Virus record (IMG/VR): IMGVR_UViG_3300005686_000008
Direction: 5' to 3' (one strand)
DNA length: 64,000 nucleotides
Source of the DNA: a virus
Taxonomy: Duplodnaviria; Caudoviricetes
Positions 28,294 through 39,800 of this stretch are shown one piece after another. The translations under genes and the position numbers were made by a program. Under the pieces are notes generated by a model that was given only the letters and a program-made list of their open reading frames with translations, did not search any database and had not been told where the DNA came from. The number at the start of each line of letters is the position of its first letter. Position 1 is the first letter of the stretch.

Positions 28294-31200
28294 ATGATGA
28301 TAATGGAGAAGAAAGAAAATGTTAAGTGCGGCGTTGAAAATAAAGTATATACACATCAAGAAGCGATAGAGAGATCATTAGAATATTTCAATAACGATAG
28401 TTTTGCGGCAAGCGTTTTTGTTAGCAAGTATGCGCTAAGAGATAATAAGGGAAATATTCTAGAATCAGATCCTGATCAAATGCACAGGAGACTTGCAAGA
28501 GAGTTTGCAAGAATAGAAAGTAAATATTCTAATCCTCTTTCTGAAGAAGAGATATATGAGTATTTCAAAAACTTTAGATATATAGTGCCGCAAGGCTCTC
28601 CAATGAGCGCTATTGGTAATCCTTTCCAAATACAGTCTTGTTCTAATTGCTTTGTTATTCCGTCTCCAGAAGATAGTTATGGCGGAATCCTCAAAACAGA
28701 CCAAGAACAAGCCCAAATTATGAAGAGACGAGGAGGCGTTGGTTTTGATATAAGCCTCATTCGCCCAAGAGGATTGGAAACAAAAAACGCCGCAAGAACA
28801 ACTGATGGTATTGGCGTTTTCATGGAAAGGTTCTCTAATACTTGTAGAGAGGTTGCTCAGAATGGTCGCCGTGGCGCTTTGATGTTGACTATTTCGTGTC
28901 ATCATCCAGAAATAAGGACGTTCATTAATATAAAGAAAGATTTGGCTAAGGTTACTGGCGCAAACATCTCTATTCGTTTAACTGATGAGTTTATGAATGC
29001 AGTTAAGAACAAGACAGATGTTGAACTTCGTTGGCCTGTAAACTCCAAGAGTCCAAAGATTAGCGAAAGAGTTGACGCTGTAGAGCTTTGGAAAGAAATC
29101 ATTGATGCGGCATGGCTATCCGCAGAGCCAGGTCTTTTGTTCTGGGATACAGCGCAGAAATATACTCCTGCTGATATCTATAAAGACTTTGGCTACGAAT
29201 CTCTTTCAACTAATCCGTGCGTTACTGGCGATACTTGGGTTATGACAAGCGAGGGTTCAAGAAGAGTTTCTGATCTTATTGGTGTTCCTTTTGACGCTGT
29301 TGTTGATGGGGTTAGATATCCTTCTGATATAAGGGGTTTTTGGAATACAGGTAAAAAGAAAACTCTTGTAATTAAGACAAAAGAAGGATTTGAAATAGAA
29401 TGTACTCCAAATCATAAGATTTTGGTTGCTAGTTTTGAAGACAGGAAAAAGAGAACCGAGTGGAAAGAAGCAAAAGGTATTAAGCTTGGAGATTTACTAA
29501 ACCTTGATAATCATTCTCAAATAACAGAGTGGAGTGGAAATGGTTTATTTGAAGAAGGTTATTTGTTAGGTTCTCTTGTTGGAGATGGGTGTATTTGCGG
29601 AGATACTGCATACCTTTCTTGGTGGGGCGGTTCAAAAATGGTTATGATGAAGTATGCAACCGACTTGGCAAATAAGGTGTTGAAGTGCCGTTCTGATTTA
29701 GGATCAGGTTCTTATGATTCTTCTAGTATAGAAAAACATGATAGAACAGGCTTCAATTGCAAAGCTCTTAAAGAGTTGGCGGAAGAATTTGGCTTGGATG
29801 GCAGCAAGAATATTAGTGATGAAATAGAAAAAGGAAGCTATCAGCTATACAAAGGTATTTTGATGGGATGGTTTGATACTGATGGAACTATTAATTTCAA
29901 TAAGAAGGGACAGAGAAATGACATAAGACTATGCTCTTCTAATCTAAACAATCTTTATGCTGCTCAAAGAATGCTTTCTAGAATGGGGATTATTTCTAAG
30001 ATATATTCTAACAGGAAGGAGGCTGGTAATAGATTGATGCCAGATGGTAAAGGTGGAACAAAGGAGTATTACTGCCAGTCCACCCATGAACTTGTTATAA
30101 CAAAGAACAATATCAAAATATTCCATGATAGAATTGGCTTTGCAGATCCAGATAAAAACGATAAGCTTAAGAAACTTGTTTCTTCTTATATGAGTAGAGG
30201 TCTTTATGCTGAAAAATATGTTGCAGAAGTTTTTTCTATAAACGAAGGTAAAGAAAAAGATGTTTATGATTGCCATATTCCTTCTGTTCATCGTTTTGAT
30301 GCCAACGGAATAACGGTTCATAATTGCGGAGAGATTGTTCTAAGCGCTTACGATTCATGTCGTTTAATGTGCGTTAATCTTCTTAGCTTTGTAAAGCATA
30401 AGTTTACGGATAGCGCCAGATTTGATTATAAAGAGTTTGAAGAAGTTGTTCAAGTTGCTCAAAGACTCATGGATGACATGATTGATATTGAGGTTGAACA
30501 AGTTGATAAAATTCTTGCAAAGATTGCTTCTGATCCAGAATCTGCTGACGCGAAGCATGTGGAAAAGAATCTTTGGACAAGAATTAGATCGGCCTGCATA
30601 AATGGTCGTAGAACTGGTCTTGGTATTACCGCTCTTGGAGACGCTTTGGCCGCTCTTGGAATTCGTTATGGGTCTAAAGAGTCTGTGACTATTACGGAAA
30701 AGATTTACAAGTCGCTTGCTGTCGGTTCTTATAGGTCGTCTTGTATTCTTGCCAAAGAAAGAGGAGCCTTCCCGATATTTGATGCAGAACTAGAAAAGGG
30801 ACATCCTTTCTTGTCTCGCATTTGGGAAGAAGCTCCAGATGTATACGAATTGTACAAGAAACACGGGCGTCGTAATATTGCTAATACAACAACAGCTCCT
30901 ACTGGTTCTGTTTCAACTCTTACTCAGACTACTTCTGGTATCGAGCCGGCATATATGCTATTTTATAAGAGAAGGAAGAAGATTAATCCTGGCGACGGAG
31001 AGAGCGCAAGAGTTGATTTTGTTGATCCAAAAGGAGATAAGTGGCAAGAATTTTTTGTATTCCATCATGAGTTTAAGGAATGGATGAGTAAGAATGGATA
31101 CACAGAAGAAGATATTGATAAGAAAGCTAACTCTCAAGATGATCTTCCGTTCTTCAAAAAATCCCCATACTATAAGGCAACCTCTAATGATGTAGACTGG

Positions 31201-31920
31201 TCTGCTAGTGTGGATATTCAATCTGTTGCGCAGAAATGGATTGACCATGCTATAAGTAAGACTTGTAATCTGCCTAATAACGCTTCGAAAGAACTTGTTG
31301 CTGAAGTTTATATGAAGGCGTGGGAGTCTGGATGTAAGGGCTTCACGGTTTATAGAGACGGATGCAGAACGGGTGTTCTTGTATCTGCAAATGAAGGTAA
31401 GAAAGAGAATATAACAAAGACAACAGCCCCAAAGAGGCCGTCAACTCTTCAGTGCGATATTCATCATACAAAATCTAGAGGACAAGATTTCTTTGTTATT
31501 GTTGGTTTATTAGAGGGTGTTCCTTACGAAGTTTTTGCAGGCAAGAATGGGTGTATCACTCACGAAAAGAAAGGAACTATAACCAAGAACAAGAGAGGTC
31601 ATTATGAACTCAAGGCAGAGGATGGTTCTACTATTGAAAATCTTTGCGAGCTATTAACGGACGAACAAGCTGTTATAACAAGAATGATTAGCTTGTCTCT
31701 TAGACATGGTTCTGATATTTCGTTTGTTGTAGATCAGCTTGAAAAGTCTCCTGGAGATATGACTAATTTTGGTAAGGGACTAGCAAGAGTTTTGAAGAAG
31801 TATATCGCCGATGGAACAAAGGTCTCTGGCGCAACTTGTCAAAGCTGCGGAAGTTCAAATGTTGTAAGAATAGAAGGATGTTTGTCTTGTAGAGATTGTG
31901 GTAATTCAAAGTGTGGTTAA
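28294..31920 (+). CDS. nrdJ: Class II (B12-dependent) ribonucleotide reductase with intein and C-terminal TSCPD/Zn-ribbon region
   Basis: SNCFV, RRGGVG, RRGALM, TNP|CGE, RRTGLG, APTGSVS, TSGIEP, AISKTCN, KGFTVYRDG. Confidence 0.93.
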   Translation: MMIMEKKENVKCGVENKVYTHQEAIERSLEYFNNDSFAASVFVSKYALRDNKGNILESDPDQMHRRLAREFARIESKYSNPLSEEEIYEYFKNFRYIVPQGSPMSAIGNPFQIQSCSNCFVIPSPEDSYGGILKTDQEQAQIMKRRGGVGFDISLIRPRGLETKNAARTTDGIGVFMERFSNTCREVAQNGRRGALMLTISCHHPEIRTFINIKKDLAKVTGANISIRLTDEFMNAVKNKTDVELRWPVNSKSPKISERVDAVELWKEIIDAAWLSAEPGLLFWDTAQKYTPADIYKDFGYESLSTNPCVTGDTWVMTSEGSRRVSDLIGVPFDAVVDGVRYPSDIRGFWNTGKKKTLVIKTKEGFEIECTPNHKILVASFEDRKKRTEWKEAKGIKLGDLLNLDNHSQITEWSGNGLFEEGYLLGSLVGDGCICGDTAYLSWWGGSKMVMMKYATDLANKVLKCRSDLGSGSYDSSSIEKHDRTGFNCKALKELAEEFGLDGSKNISDEIEKGSYQLYKGILMGWFDTDGTINFNKKGQRNDIRLCSSNLNNLYAAQRMLSRMGIISKIYSNRKEAGNRLMPDGKGGTKEYYCQSTHELVITKNNIKIFHDRIGFADPDKNDKLKKLVSSYMSRGLYAEKYVAEVFSINEGKEKDVYDCHIPSVHRFDANGITVHNCGEIVLSAYDSCRLMCVNLLSFVKHKFTDSARFDYKEFEEVVQVAQRLMDDMIDIEVEQVDKILAKIASDPESADAKHVEKNLWTRIRSACINGRRTGLGITALGDALAALGIRYGSKESVTITEKIYKSLAVGSYRSSCILAKERGAFPIFDAELEKGHPFLSRIWEEAPDVYELYKKHGRRNIANTTTAPTGSVSTLTQTTSGIEPAYMLFYKRRKKINPGDGESARVDFVDPKGDKWQEFFVFHHEFKEWMSKNGYTEEDIDKKANSQDDLPFFKKSPYYKATSNDVDWSASVDIQSVAQKWIDHAISKTCNLPNNASKELVAEVYMKAWESGCKGFTVYRDGCRTGVLVSANEGKKENITKTTAPKRPSTLQCDIHHTKSRGQDFFVIVGLLEGVPYEVFAGKNGCITHEKKGTITKNKRGHYELKAEDGSTIENLCELLTDEQAVITRMISLSLRHGSDISFVVDQLEKSPGDMTNFGKGLARVLKKYIADGTKVSGATCQSCGSSNVVRIEGCLSCRDCGNSKCG
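29218..30324 (+). mobile_element. Intein with LAGLIDADG homing endonuclease in the RNR active-site NPC motif
   Basis: NP|CVTGDT...TPNH...LLGSLVGDG...GWFDTDG...TVHN|CGE; 369 aa. Confidence 0.95.
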
Positions 31921-31932
31921 AGGAGAAATAGC

Positions 31933-32418
31933 ATGGGAAACATTGATGAAGCAATATGGCTTAAGAAACTAGATCCATCAGCCGTTGTGCCTAGTAGGGC
32001 TAAAGAAGGCGATGCTGGATTTGATTTGGTTGCTATTGATGATGGAGTGGTTGATTCGGAGGGTTTTATACAATATAGAACAGGATTGTCAATAGACCCT
32101 CCCCAAGGATATCATACAGAGATTTGGCCTAGGTCCAGTATAAGCAAGTATGATCTTGTTTTGGCTAACAGTATTGGTCTTGTAGATAATGGATATAGAG
32201 GAGAACTTTTAGTTAGATTTAAGCCAACTCTTAGGTTTGCTCAAACCAAGGAAGGCGAAATCTATGTGATATTGCCAAAACCAGTTAAGAAATATAAGAA
32301 AGGCGATAAGATAGCTCAACTTGTTATTACAGAAACGGTTGAGTCTTCGTTTACAGAAATGCAAGAGTTAACTGCATCAGCAAGGGGATCTGGAGGGTTT
32401 GGTTCGTCAGGTCGTTAA
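31933..32418 (+). CDS. dut: Trimeric dUTPase
   Basis: AGFDL, PRSS, GLVDNGYRGE, KIAQL, RGSGGFGSSG. Confidence 0.96.
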   Translation: MGNIDEAIWLKKLDPSAVVPSRAKEGDAGFDLVAIDDGVVDSEGFIQYRTGLSIDPPQGYHTEIWPRSSISKYDLVLANSIGLVDNGYRGELLVRFKPTLRFAQTKEGEIYVILPKPVKKYKKGDKIAQLVITETVESSFTEMQELTASARGSGGFGSSGR

Positions 32419-32464
32419 TTCTCAAAATATCTAGTATTGTAGAGGGTTTCGCCCCATACTATTT

Positions 32465-32496
32465 GAACACAGAGATACCTCTGTGTTCTTTTATTT
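32465..32496 (+). terminator. Rho-independent terminator
   Basis: GAACACAGAG-atac-CTCTGTGTTC followed by TTTTATTT. Confidence 0.85.
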
Positions 32497-32548
32497 AACA
32501 GCCTATGAACCGATAATGGTATAGGAACTTGTTATAGGAAAAGTATAA

Positions 32549-35500
32549 ATGTCATTCAAGTTTTTTGCAAGCCTGGATTTTACAGGAGAACCTACTGTTA
32601 CTCAGTTTAGGTTTGTATATGGCATGGGCGTTATGAAAGTTTGCCCTAGCCCAATATCTGACTATTCTACATTAACTATAAATGATGATCTGATAAACTA
32701 TTATGTTGACCTAGCGATAAGCCAGGGCTGGGAAGCTATCGCTTGGAATGAAGATAATTTGAGATTTTATATTTGGAATGAAGCAATGAGCGAGGCTGAC
32801 AAGGATTCAGCCCTTGATTGTCTCGTTGAAATATATAATAGATCAAAAGATAGAGCAACCGCTGGTGGTAGACCGGATTTGAAAATTGGTTGGTATGATA
32901 TCCCAGGAGGATATCCTGACCTGTATAATGTTATTTTGAGTTATAATAAGGATTCAGAAGATTCAGTAAATGTAAAAGCTTATCAAAAATGGCTTAATTG
33001 GATAACTAGACTTTCTCAAAGATACGAGGGAGGGCTGTTTGTATCGTCCCCATTTAATGATTGTTGCGATTTTGTTGCTCCAAATTTGCAACCCTTTTAT
33101 GGCAATGATCAAACGTATATAGATGATTGGAAGATTTTTGCAACGACAGTTCTTGGTAATATGATTGATGTTTCTAAAGATGATCCTCTATACGCTTTTT
33201 GTTCGTTTACCTTTAGTCCAACAACGGTTTATGCAGGCGTTCAAGTAAGCGGCACTAATATGTCTCAAATGGTTGAAACCATAAGGGGTTATGCGGACGG
33301 CTTTATTATAAACGGAGGATTGGCTGCTAATCGCACTTATTCCAATTGGTTCTGGAGACCTTCTGGAGCAACAGAAGCTAATGATCTTTCGCTATGGAAG
33401 ACTGTTTCCAGCGGTGCATTTTCTATGACCGTAGCAAATGTAAAGCTAAAGATACAGGGAGTTAATACTTCTTCTGCTGTTTCCATGACTCAGGTTGCTT
33501 CTATTTTGCAGACAGCAATACAATCTAAAATTAGTTCAGGACCAAATCCTTCGTTTGATGGGGTATATCCGTATCCTCTTGGTACTGTTACTGTAACTTG
33601 GTCATCCGCTCAAAAAGGTTTTTTGTTCAATATGACAACCAATGGCGCTTCAACGCCGATGCCTGCTAATCTTAGCAGATCTTTATTTACAATAGAATCA
33701 AAGAGCGTATGGGGTTCTACTGTTAGCGGAGTAGATCTTGCTTCTGACCAGTTCCTTGGAGTTGCAACTGTAAATGGTAATGATAAACCAGGAACAGAAC
33801 AATGGGTCTATGGAGGAACTGAAATAAGCAATGAATGGGAACTTTACGCCAGAGATGAAGATTGGTGGGGAGTCCTTAGCGAAAGTTCATCAGAAATCAT
33901 AGAATCTGATGAGTTCAAATACTTTATATCTTGTAGTATAACAGAACAGCCAACTCCAACTAGTTTTGAAGATGATTATGGCATTTCTTTTATGCAAACA
34001 GGAGGATGTACTCCTTGGACAGAAAGTATTGGACAAGCAGCCACAACTCTTCTTACTTCAACTCTTACTCTAAGTAATGCGAATATAGATGCTGCTATTA
34101 GTTCATATCTTAGTCCTTCTTTAGGAGTTAATCAAAAGAAGTTTTTTGCATTTGACTTAGAGGGTTATGGCATTTATCTAGACCCAACACAGTATAGCGA
34201 TACGGTTGTTGATAATATGCTTGATTCTTTCATTAATGCTTTTGTAAGAATGAAAGAAAGACTTGCTTTGCAAGGAATCTATGATGTAAAGATTGGAATA
34301 TATGCAAATCCTTGCTTTAAGAGTTACTATGCTCCGGCTTTGTATTTTTACGGTAAGGGAAATACATCGCAATATAATACAGATTATAATACATGGGTTT
34401 CTAAGTTTAGAAGAATGAACTTAAGAAAATCCGGCGATACATATATAACAAAAGCTTTCAATGATTATCTAGATTTTGTTACTTGTGATATTTATCCAAT
34501 TTTCGGAGAAGAAGATCCCCTTGATGATTCTTTCTTTAAGGAAAATCTTACGCAAGCGGTAAGATATATAAGCGGAGATAAGCCTTTATATCCGTTTTTG
34601 AACCCAGCTTTTCATCCTTCTTCTCCTTGGTCTTCTAAGCCTGTCAGCGGCGATTATATGAAGAAAATGATGACTTGGGTAAAAAGAATAGCAGATGGTG
34701 CTATTCTTTGGATTACATCAAGTCCAAGTTATAGAAGTCAAAGACAAAGACACTTTATGACTTCTTCTGGCGGTCCTCCCGCTGTTCCTACAAAAACTCT
34801 TGCAGATTGGCAAGGAATAACGAACGGGTGTTTCTCATATTTTGTTATTGGGTATTACAGAGATATTGAAAATGTTGATTTCTCAGTAGCAACAAGTATA
34901 GGCGGCGCAGAATCAACAAGTGTTGTCAATATTATAGAGGCGGCAATAAATGCAGACTTGTACTATATAAACAACTTCATATCTCAATCTGTAACATATC
35001 CAAGTCTTTCTATATCTAGACCATATGAAGTTGGTTCTGTATTTGTTGAATATAATTCAAATTCCTCAAACAACTCTCCAACAGCGTTGTCTCAGGTTCC
35101 TTGTTTTGAGTTTTCATATATAGATCCGGCAATAGTTTCCCCTCCAGATCAGAGTTCTTACACTGGTAGAGAATTTATTTATTGTTATTCTTATTCTGAC
35201 ACTCTTCCTGGTGGCGGAACAAATATTGGTACGGTAGATTGGATAGGGACATATACTTATACTTATCAAGAATATGATAGTAATGTTTATTCTGGACAAG
35301 ATGCAGATCCAGATGAATGGAATAATGGGTGGGTTGTTGATAATGATTGGTGGCACGCTTTTTCTTCAATGGCTGTTGCTAACAAATATAGTCAAGAAAG
35401 AACTCTTACATTTGCAGATAATATGGGAGTATATACTGGTTCATCTGTTACTGGGATGGTTTCTTCTTGGTCAGGAAAGCCAGCGCCATATGTTTTGAAG

Positions 35501-36830
35501 AATAGCGACTATGTTGATAGAGTTCATCTTGTATATACAAGTTCAACCGCCGGCTGGTCTCAGTTTACAGATTCTCTTATAACAACAAATTTGCAGAATT
35601 GTATAAATCAAAAAGCCACTTATTTTGTATGGGATATTGAAGGAGATTATTGTAACGTAATTTCTTCTAATAACAATGGATATCAATACGGAGTTTCAGA
35701 GGCAACTGTTGATTATAATCTTGATCAGTTTAAGTCTATATATAATAGAACTAAAGCGATTGCAGCATCTCTTGGTCATCCGGAAATTCAAGTTGGATTT
35801 TATGGTTCGCCATTTACGGCTAATACCTTTTATGGAGCTAGATATTGGGCAGATCCTGCATCATATGCTGGATGGGAAACCGCTAGTTTGCAGTTCAGAG
35901 ATGGTTTGATAAGAATAAATCAAAGATTGTCTAGCGGAACAACTTATGATGATCCATTCTTGGATTACAATGATTTTCTTGCTCCATCTTTTTATCCTCA
36001 ATCTGGTAATACAAAGCATGCATCTTCTGAAAAAGGAGAAAGAGACGCAATACAAGGCTTTATGATGAAAGCCATAGAGATTCTTGGTCATAGTAAGCGA
36101 TATCTGCCATTCTTTATGCCAACATTCTTTGAGCAAGGAGGACTCAATCCTCTTACTGGTTGGGCGCAGAAAAATTACAATATGCAAATGTTGTGTTCTA
36201 TTGCTGTGGAATATGGATGCGATGGCGGTATTATGTGGTCAGGCAGTTGGCCTAGCAATGTTGCTTCTGATCAAACTTTTACACCGACAGTTGTTAAAAC
36301 GCTTGCAAACTGGCAAGCAATAACGGATGGTTGTTTTATAATAGCGGTAGAAGGTTTCCCTGTAAAAGTTACTGGTTTGAATTTTTCAGCAGCAACAAGT
36401 ATTGGAGGTGCAGAATCAACAAGTGTTGCTAACATTATAGAAGCAGGCATGAATGCTAAGATTGCAACAATAACTATAACAGACGAGCCTTGGGCTAGTC
36501 CTTATGCAACCCCTCCAAAATCTCCAAGACATATTGGCGATGTAACTGTTGCTTGGGATGGAACTAAGTTTGTCATGAACTCAGATAAAGGGCTGTTAAA
36601 GTCTCCTCCGGGATGGGTAAGTCCTCCTGATTTTGAAAAGTCATATTGGGTTACTGCTGCTTGGTCAACTTGGGGAGCTGGAGCTTTGCCAGGAACAGAT
36701 ATTGGAGTTCCTCAATGGATTGGCAATCATAACGTTTGGACAAGTCTTACATTTACTAGAACGGATTTGGTAGATGAATTTGGAAGATGGGTAGAAGATT
36801 CTGGTTGGTGGGCAAGTTATAGTTCTTTTG
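32549..36830 (+). repeat. Three tandem ~450-490 aa diverged repeats
   Basis: Each has (W/F)(N/D)xE, KIGxY..P, DF..(P/C)..YP, LY.F..P.F, DG.I.W, W..(I/V)T.G.F and ends in xWW. ATSIGGAESTSV is exact in units 2 and 3. Confidence 0.8.
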
Positions 36831-39800
36831 CGTTAGGATCTTTGGGTAATAATATAACTAACAGAGTTGTACCAACTATAAATCTTGTAACTTCGTCTTC
36901 TGGCGATGTTCCATTTACCGTACACGTTGACGCTTCTAATTCTCTGTTTAATGGAGTAAATCCTCAAGATTGTATATTTGAATGGGATTTTGGAGATAAT
37001 TTCCCAACTTCTGATTCAAAAGCAAGGGGGTACGTTTCTGACCCAAGAAATGATAACGATGTAAATGCTATTGGAACTCCTCATAAGAAGACTTCTCTTT
37101 CAGCTAAGCAAAGAGGAATAAACGCTTCGTATACATATTGGCATGATAATAGCGGAACTCCATTTTTGATAAGTTTGAAGATTTGGTACAACGGAGTCGT
37201 AAGCGATACTGTTTATTATTCTGTAACAGCATCAGATCCTGTTACTGTTGCATATCCAACAAACGATCTTACTAAATGGGTTACTTTGACAGTGGCCCCA
37301 AATGATAGCGTTCTTCCTCCTGTTGATTCGTTTGCTACTATAAATGCGGCAATGGCGTGGATAGATGCAAATAGACCAGATGGGGAAGTTATTATAGAAC
37401 TTCTCACTGAGTATACTGCTACTTGTTCCAATTTCTTGCTCACATCAAAACTTACAATAAACAAGCCAAACATTATCATATATGGTTCTAGAACCTACAC
37501 AGAAAGTAATGCTATAATAGCGGCAGATAACTCTTCCTTTAATAGAGCAAGTCCAACTCCTTTGGTTGAAATAGGAGCTGCTGCATATAATGTTCATTTT
37601 TATGACGTACAGTTTGGAGCTTCTGAAGATATAAGCGGAGATGGCTTGGCAGGACAAGGAAGTGATAATACTTCAAATCTAATAGGCTGTAGCGTACTTT
37701 CTCCTTCGTCTGCGTCTGATATCATCAAGAATGTGGTTTTCACGAATTGTCAGTTTAGGAATCTTTATCAAGCAACCAATTCGTCTCACTTTGTTTCTGG
37801 CATATATTTCAATCAATGCCAAACCTCTACAACAAAGATAAAGAGCCACGATTTGATGGGATACAATATAGTGATGAATGGATGTTTGTTTGGAACTCTA
37901 AGCGGCATAGCTGATGATGCTCTTTCTTTTGCCGTTAGAACTCCTACTGATTCGCCAATTAACTTTGGTTCAACTCTTGGCTCTTCAGAAAAGTTCTCCA
38001 TGAATTTCTGCAACGTTTGTCATAACGCATATTTGCATGGAGACAGTATTACATCTTCTGGTCCGTTTAAGATTACAAATGCAAGATTTGTTTCAATATA
38101 TGGAAACTACTTGTATGATGGGTCTAGTGTTGTTGATGATTCATTCTCTGTAAGAATACATGCAAATGAGATTTATGCAGGAGGAACAAAGAGTTCTCTC
38201 GTTATTACGGCTCCGTCGTCTGATATTACCATAGCTAACAATGTTCTTTTCCCAAGATCTTATACGACAGCAAATACAAGATGCAATTCTGGAATACTTG
38301 AGTTTGATGGTTCTTATGGACTAGTCAACAACATAAAGATAATCAATAATACAGCTATCGCTAAGTTTAATACCAATTATGCAAAGGCATTTTGGAATCT
38401 TTCAAGGCCTAATAATGTTGATATTTCAGATCTTGAGTTTGTAAACAATCTTGCAGTAGAAGAACCTACTCAGTGTATTTCTAGTTGGGTTATGGTTGAT
38501 TCTGATGTTAGCGCTTATATTGTACGATTTGAAAACAATTTGTGGCCTCAAAGAATTGGGCAGATGAATTTCGCAATAGTTACAGGACAAGATATTACTT
38601 GGAGCGATTGGGATGCGGCTGCATATGAAACGAACTCGTCTCAAATTGATATATTGAGTCATGATTTGAACTTTATATACAAGTATAAGCTTTGGAGTTC
38701 AACATATCCTAATATTGCAACTTCTTCGGTTTTGCATTCTGCTGTATCAAAAGACTATAACGATAACACTAGGGATACTTATTCTTCTGGAGTTGGTGCG
38801 ACAAAACCAGATTTTGCTCCAGTATATCAGATACCAACATTATCTGTTACTTCTAGCATAACAACAAGAACTAGGACTGTGGATGGATTGTGGACTCCTC
38901 CGGCTGGGTCTCAAACTGGATTTGTAACTTTAGTCGATTCTTCTGAAACAACCGTTAATGGTTCGTATACTTCTGTTCCTAAGCCAATTATTAGTAGTAT
39001 AAATGGCGCTGTTGGTTTTATAAACATGGACCCAACAACATTGGATTCTTATACAAGTAGAGCTTTTAGAGTAAAATACAGTCCAGATTATCAGGAGCAG
39101 CAAGGATATACTGATAATGTAAAGTCTATTTACTTCGGCATAATAAAAGATACATCTGATAGCAACTTTATAAAGATGATGTGCAGAATAGTTAAGACAG
39201 ATGACTCTGTTCATGTACTGAAAGAGAAACTAAGTAATCATCTGACTATAACTAGTTTATTCAATGAATTGACCAATTTCCAAGACGGCATTGGAGTTGT
39301 TGGTGTTCAGTTTGACTTGATGGGATGCGGATATCTTTCTCCATCTAAGATTGAAATGCTTGATGCTGATAATGATACGGATTTAGTTATTACATCTTCT
39401 AAGTTTGATATACTTAATTCTTGGTTGGTATATAACTTTGATTCAACTCAAATAGATATTGGAAACTTCATCAAGACAACAGTGAGCGTAGATGCTCAGT
39501 CTGATGGATATGATGTTACTATTACTTATTTGAATGACGGTCCGGTTCCAGATAATACTGACAACTTACCGGGAGATGTAAGGCAGAGACTCGGTGGAAT
39601 TTCTATTGACGGTATTCTTGCTGGTGTTAGAAGTTGTTATGTTGACCAACAAGAGGGTTCTACTTTGGTAGAATATGATACTTGGTTCAAGAATTATGCC
39701 GGCTCAACGCTCAGTTATCCTTTTGATAGATTCTCTCCAACAACGATTCTTGTTGGAGAATCATACTGTGTTGGAATTTCTGTTCTAGAAGATTTTGCAA

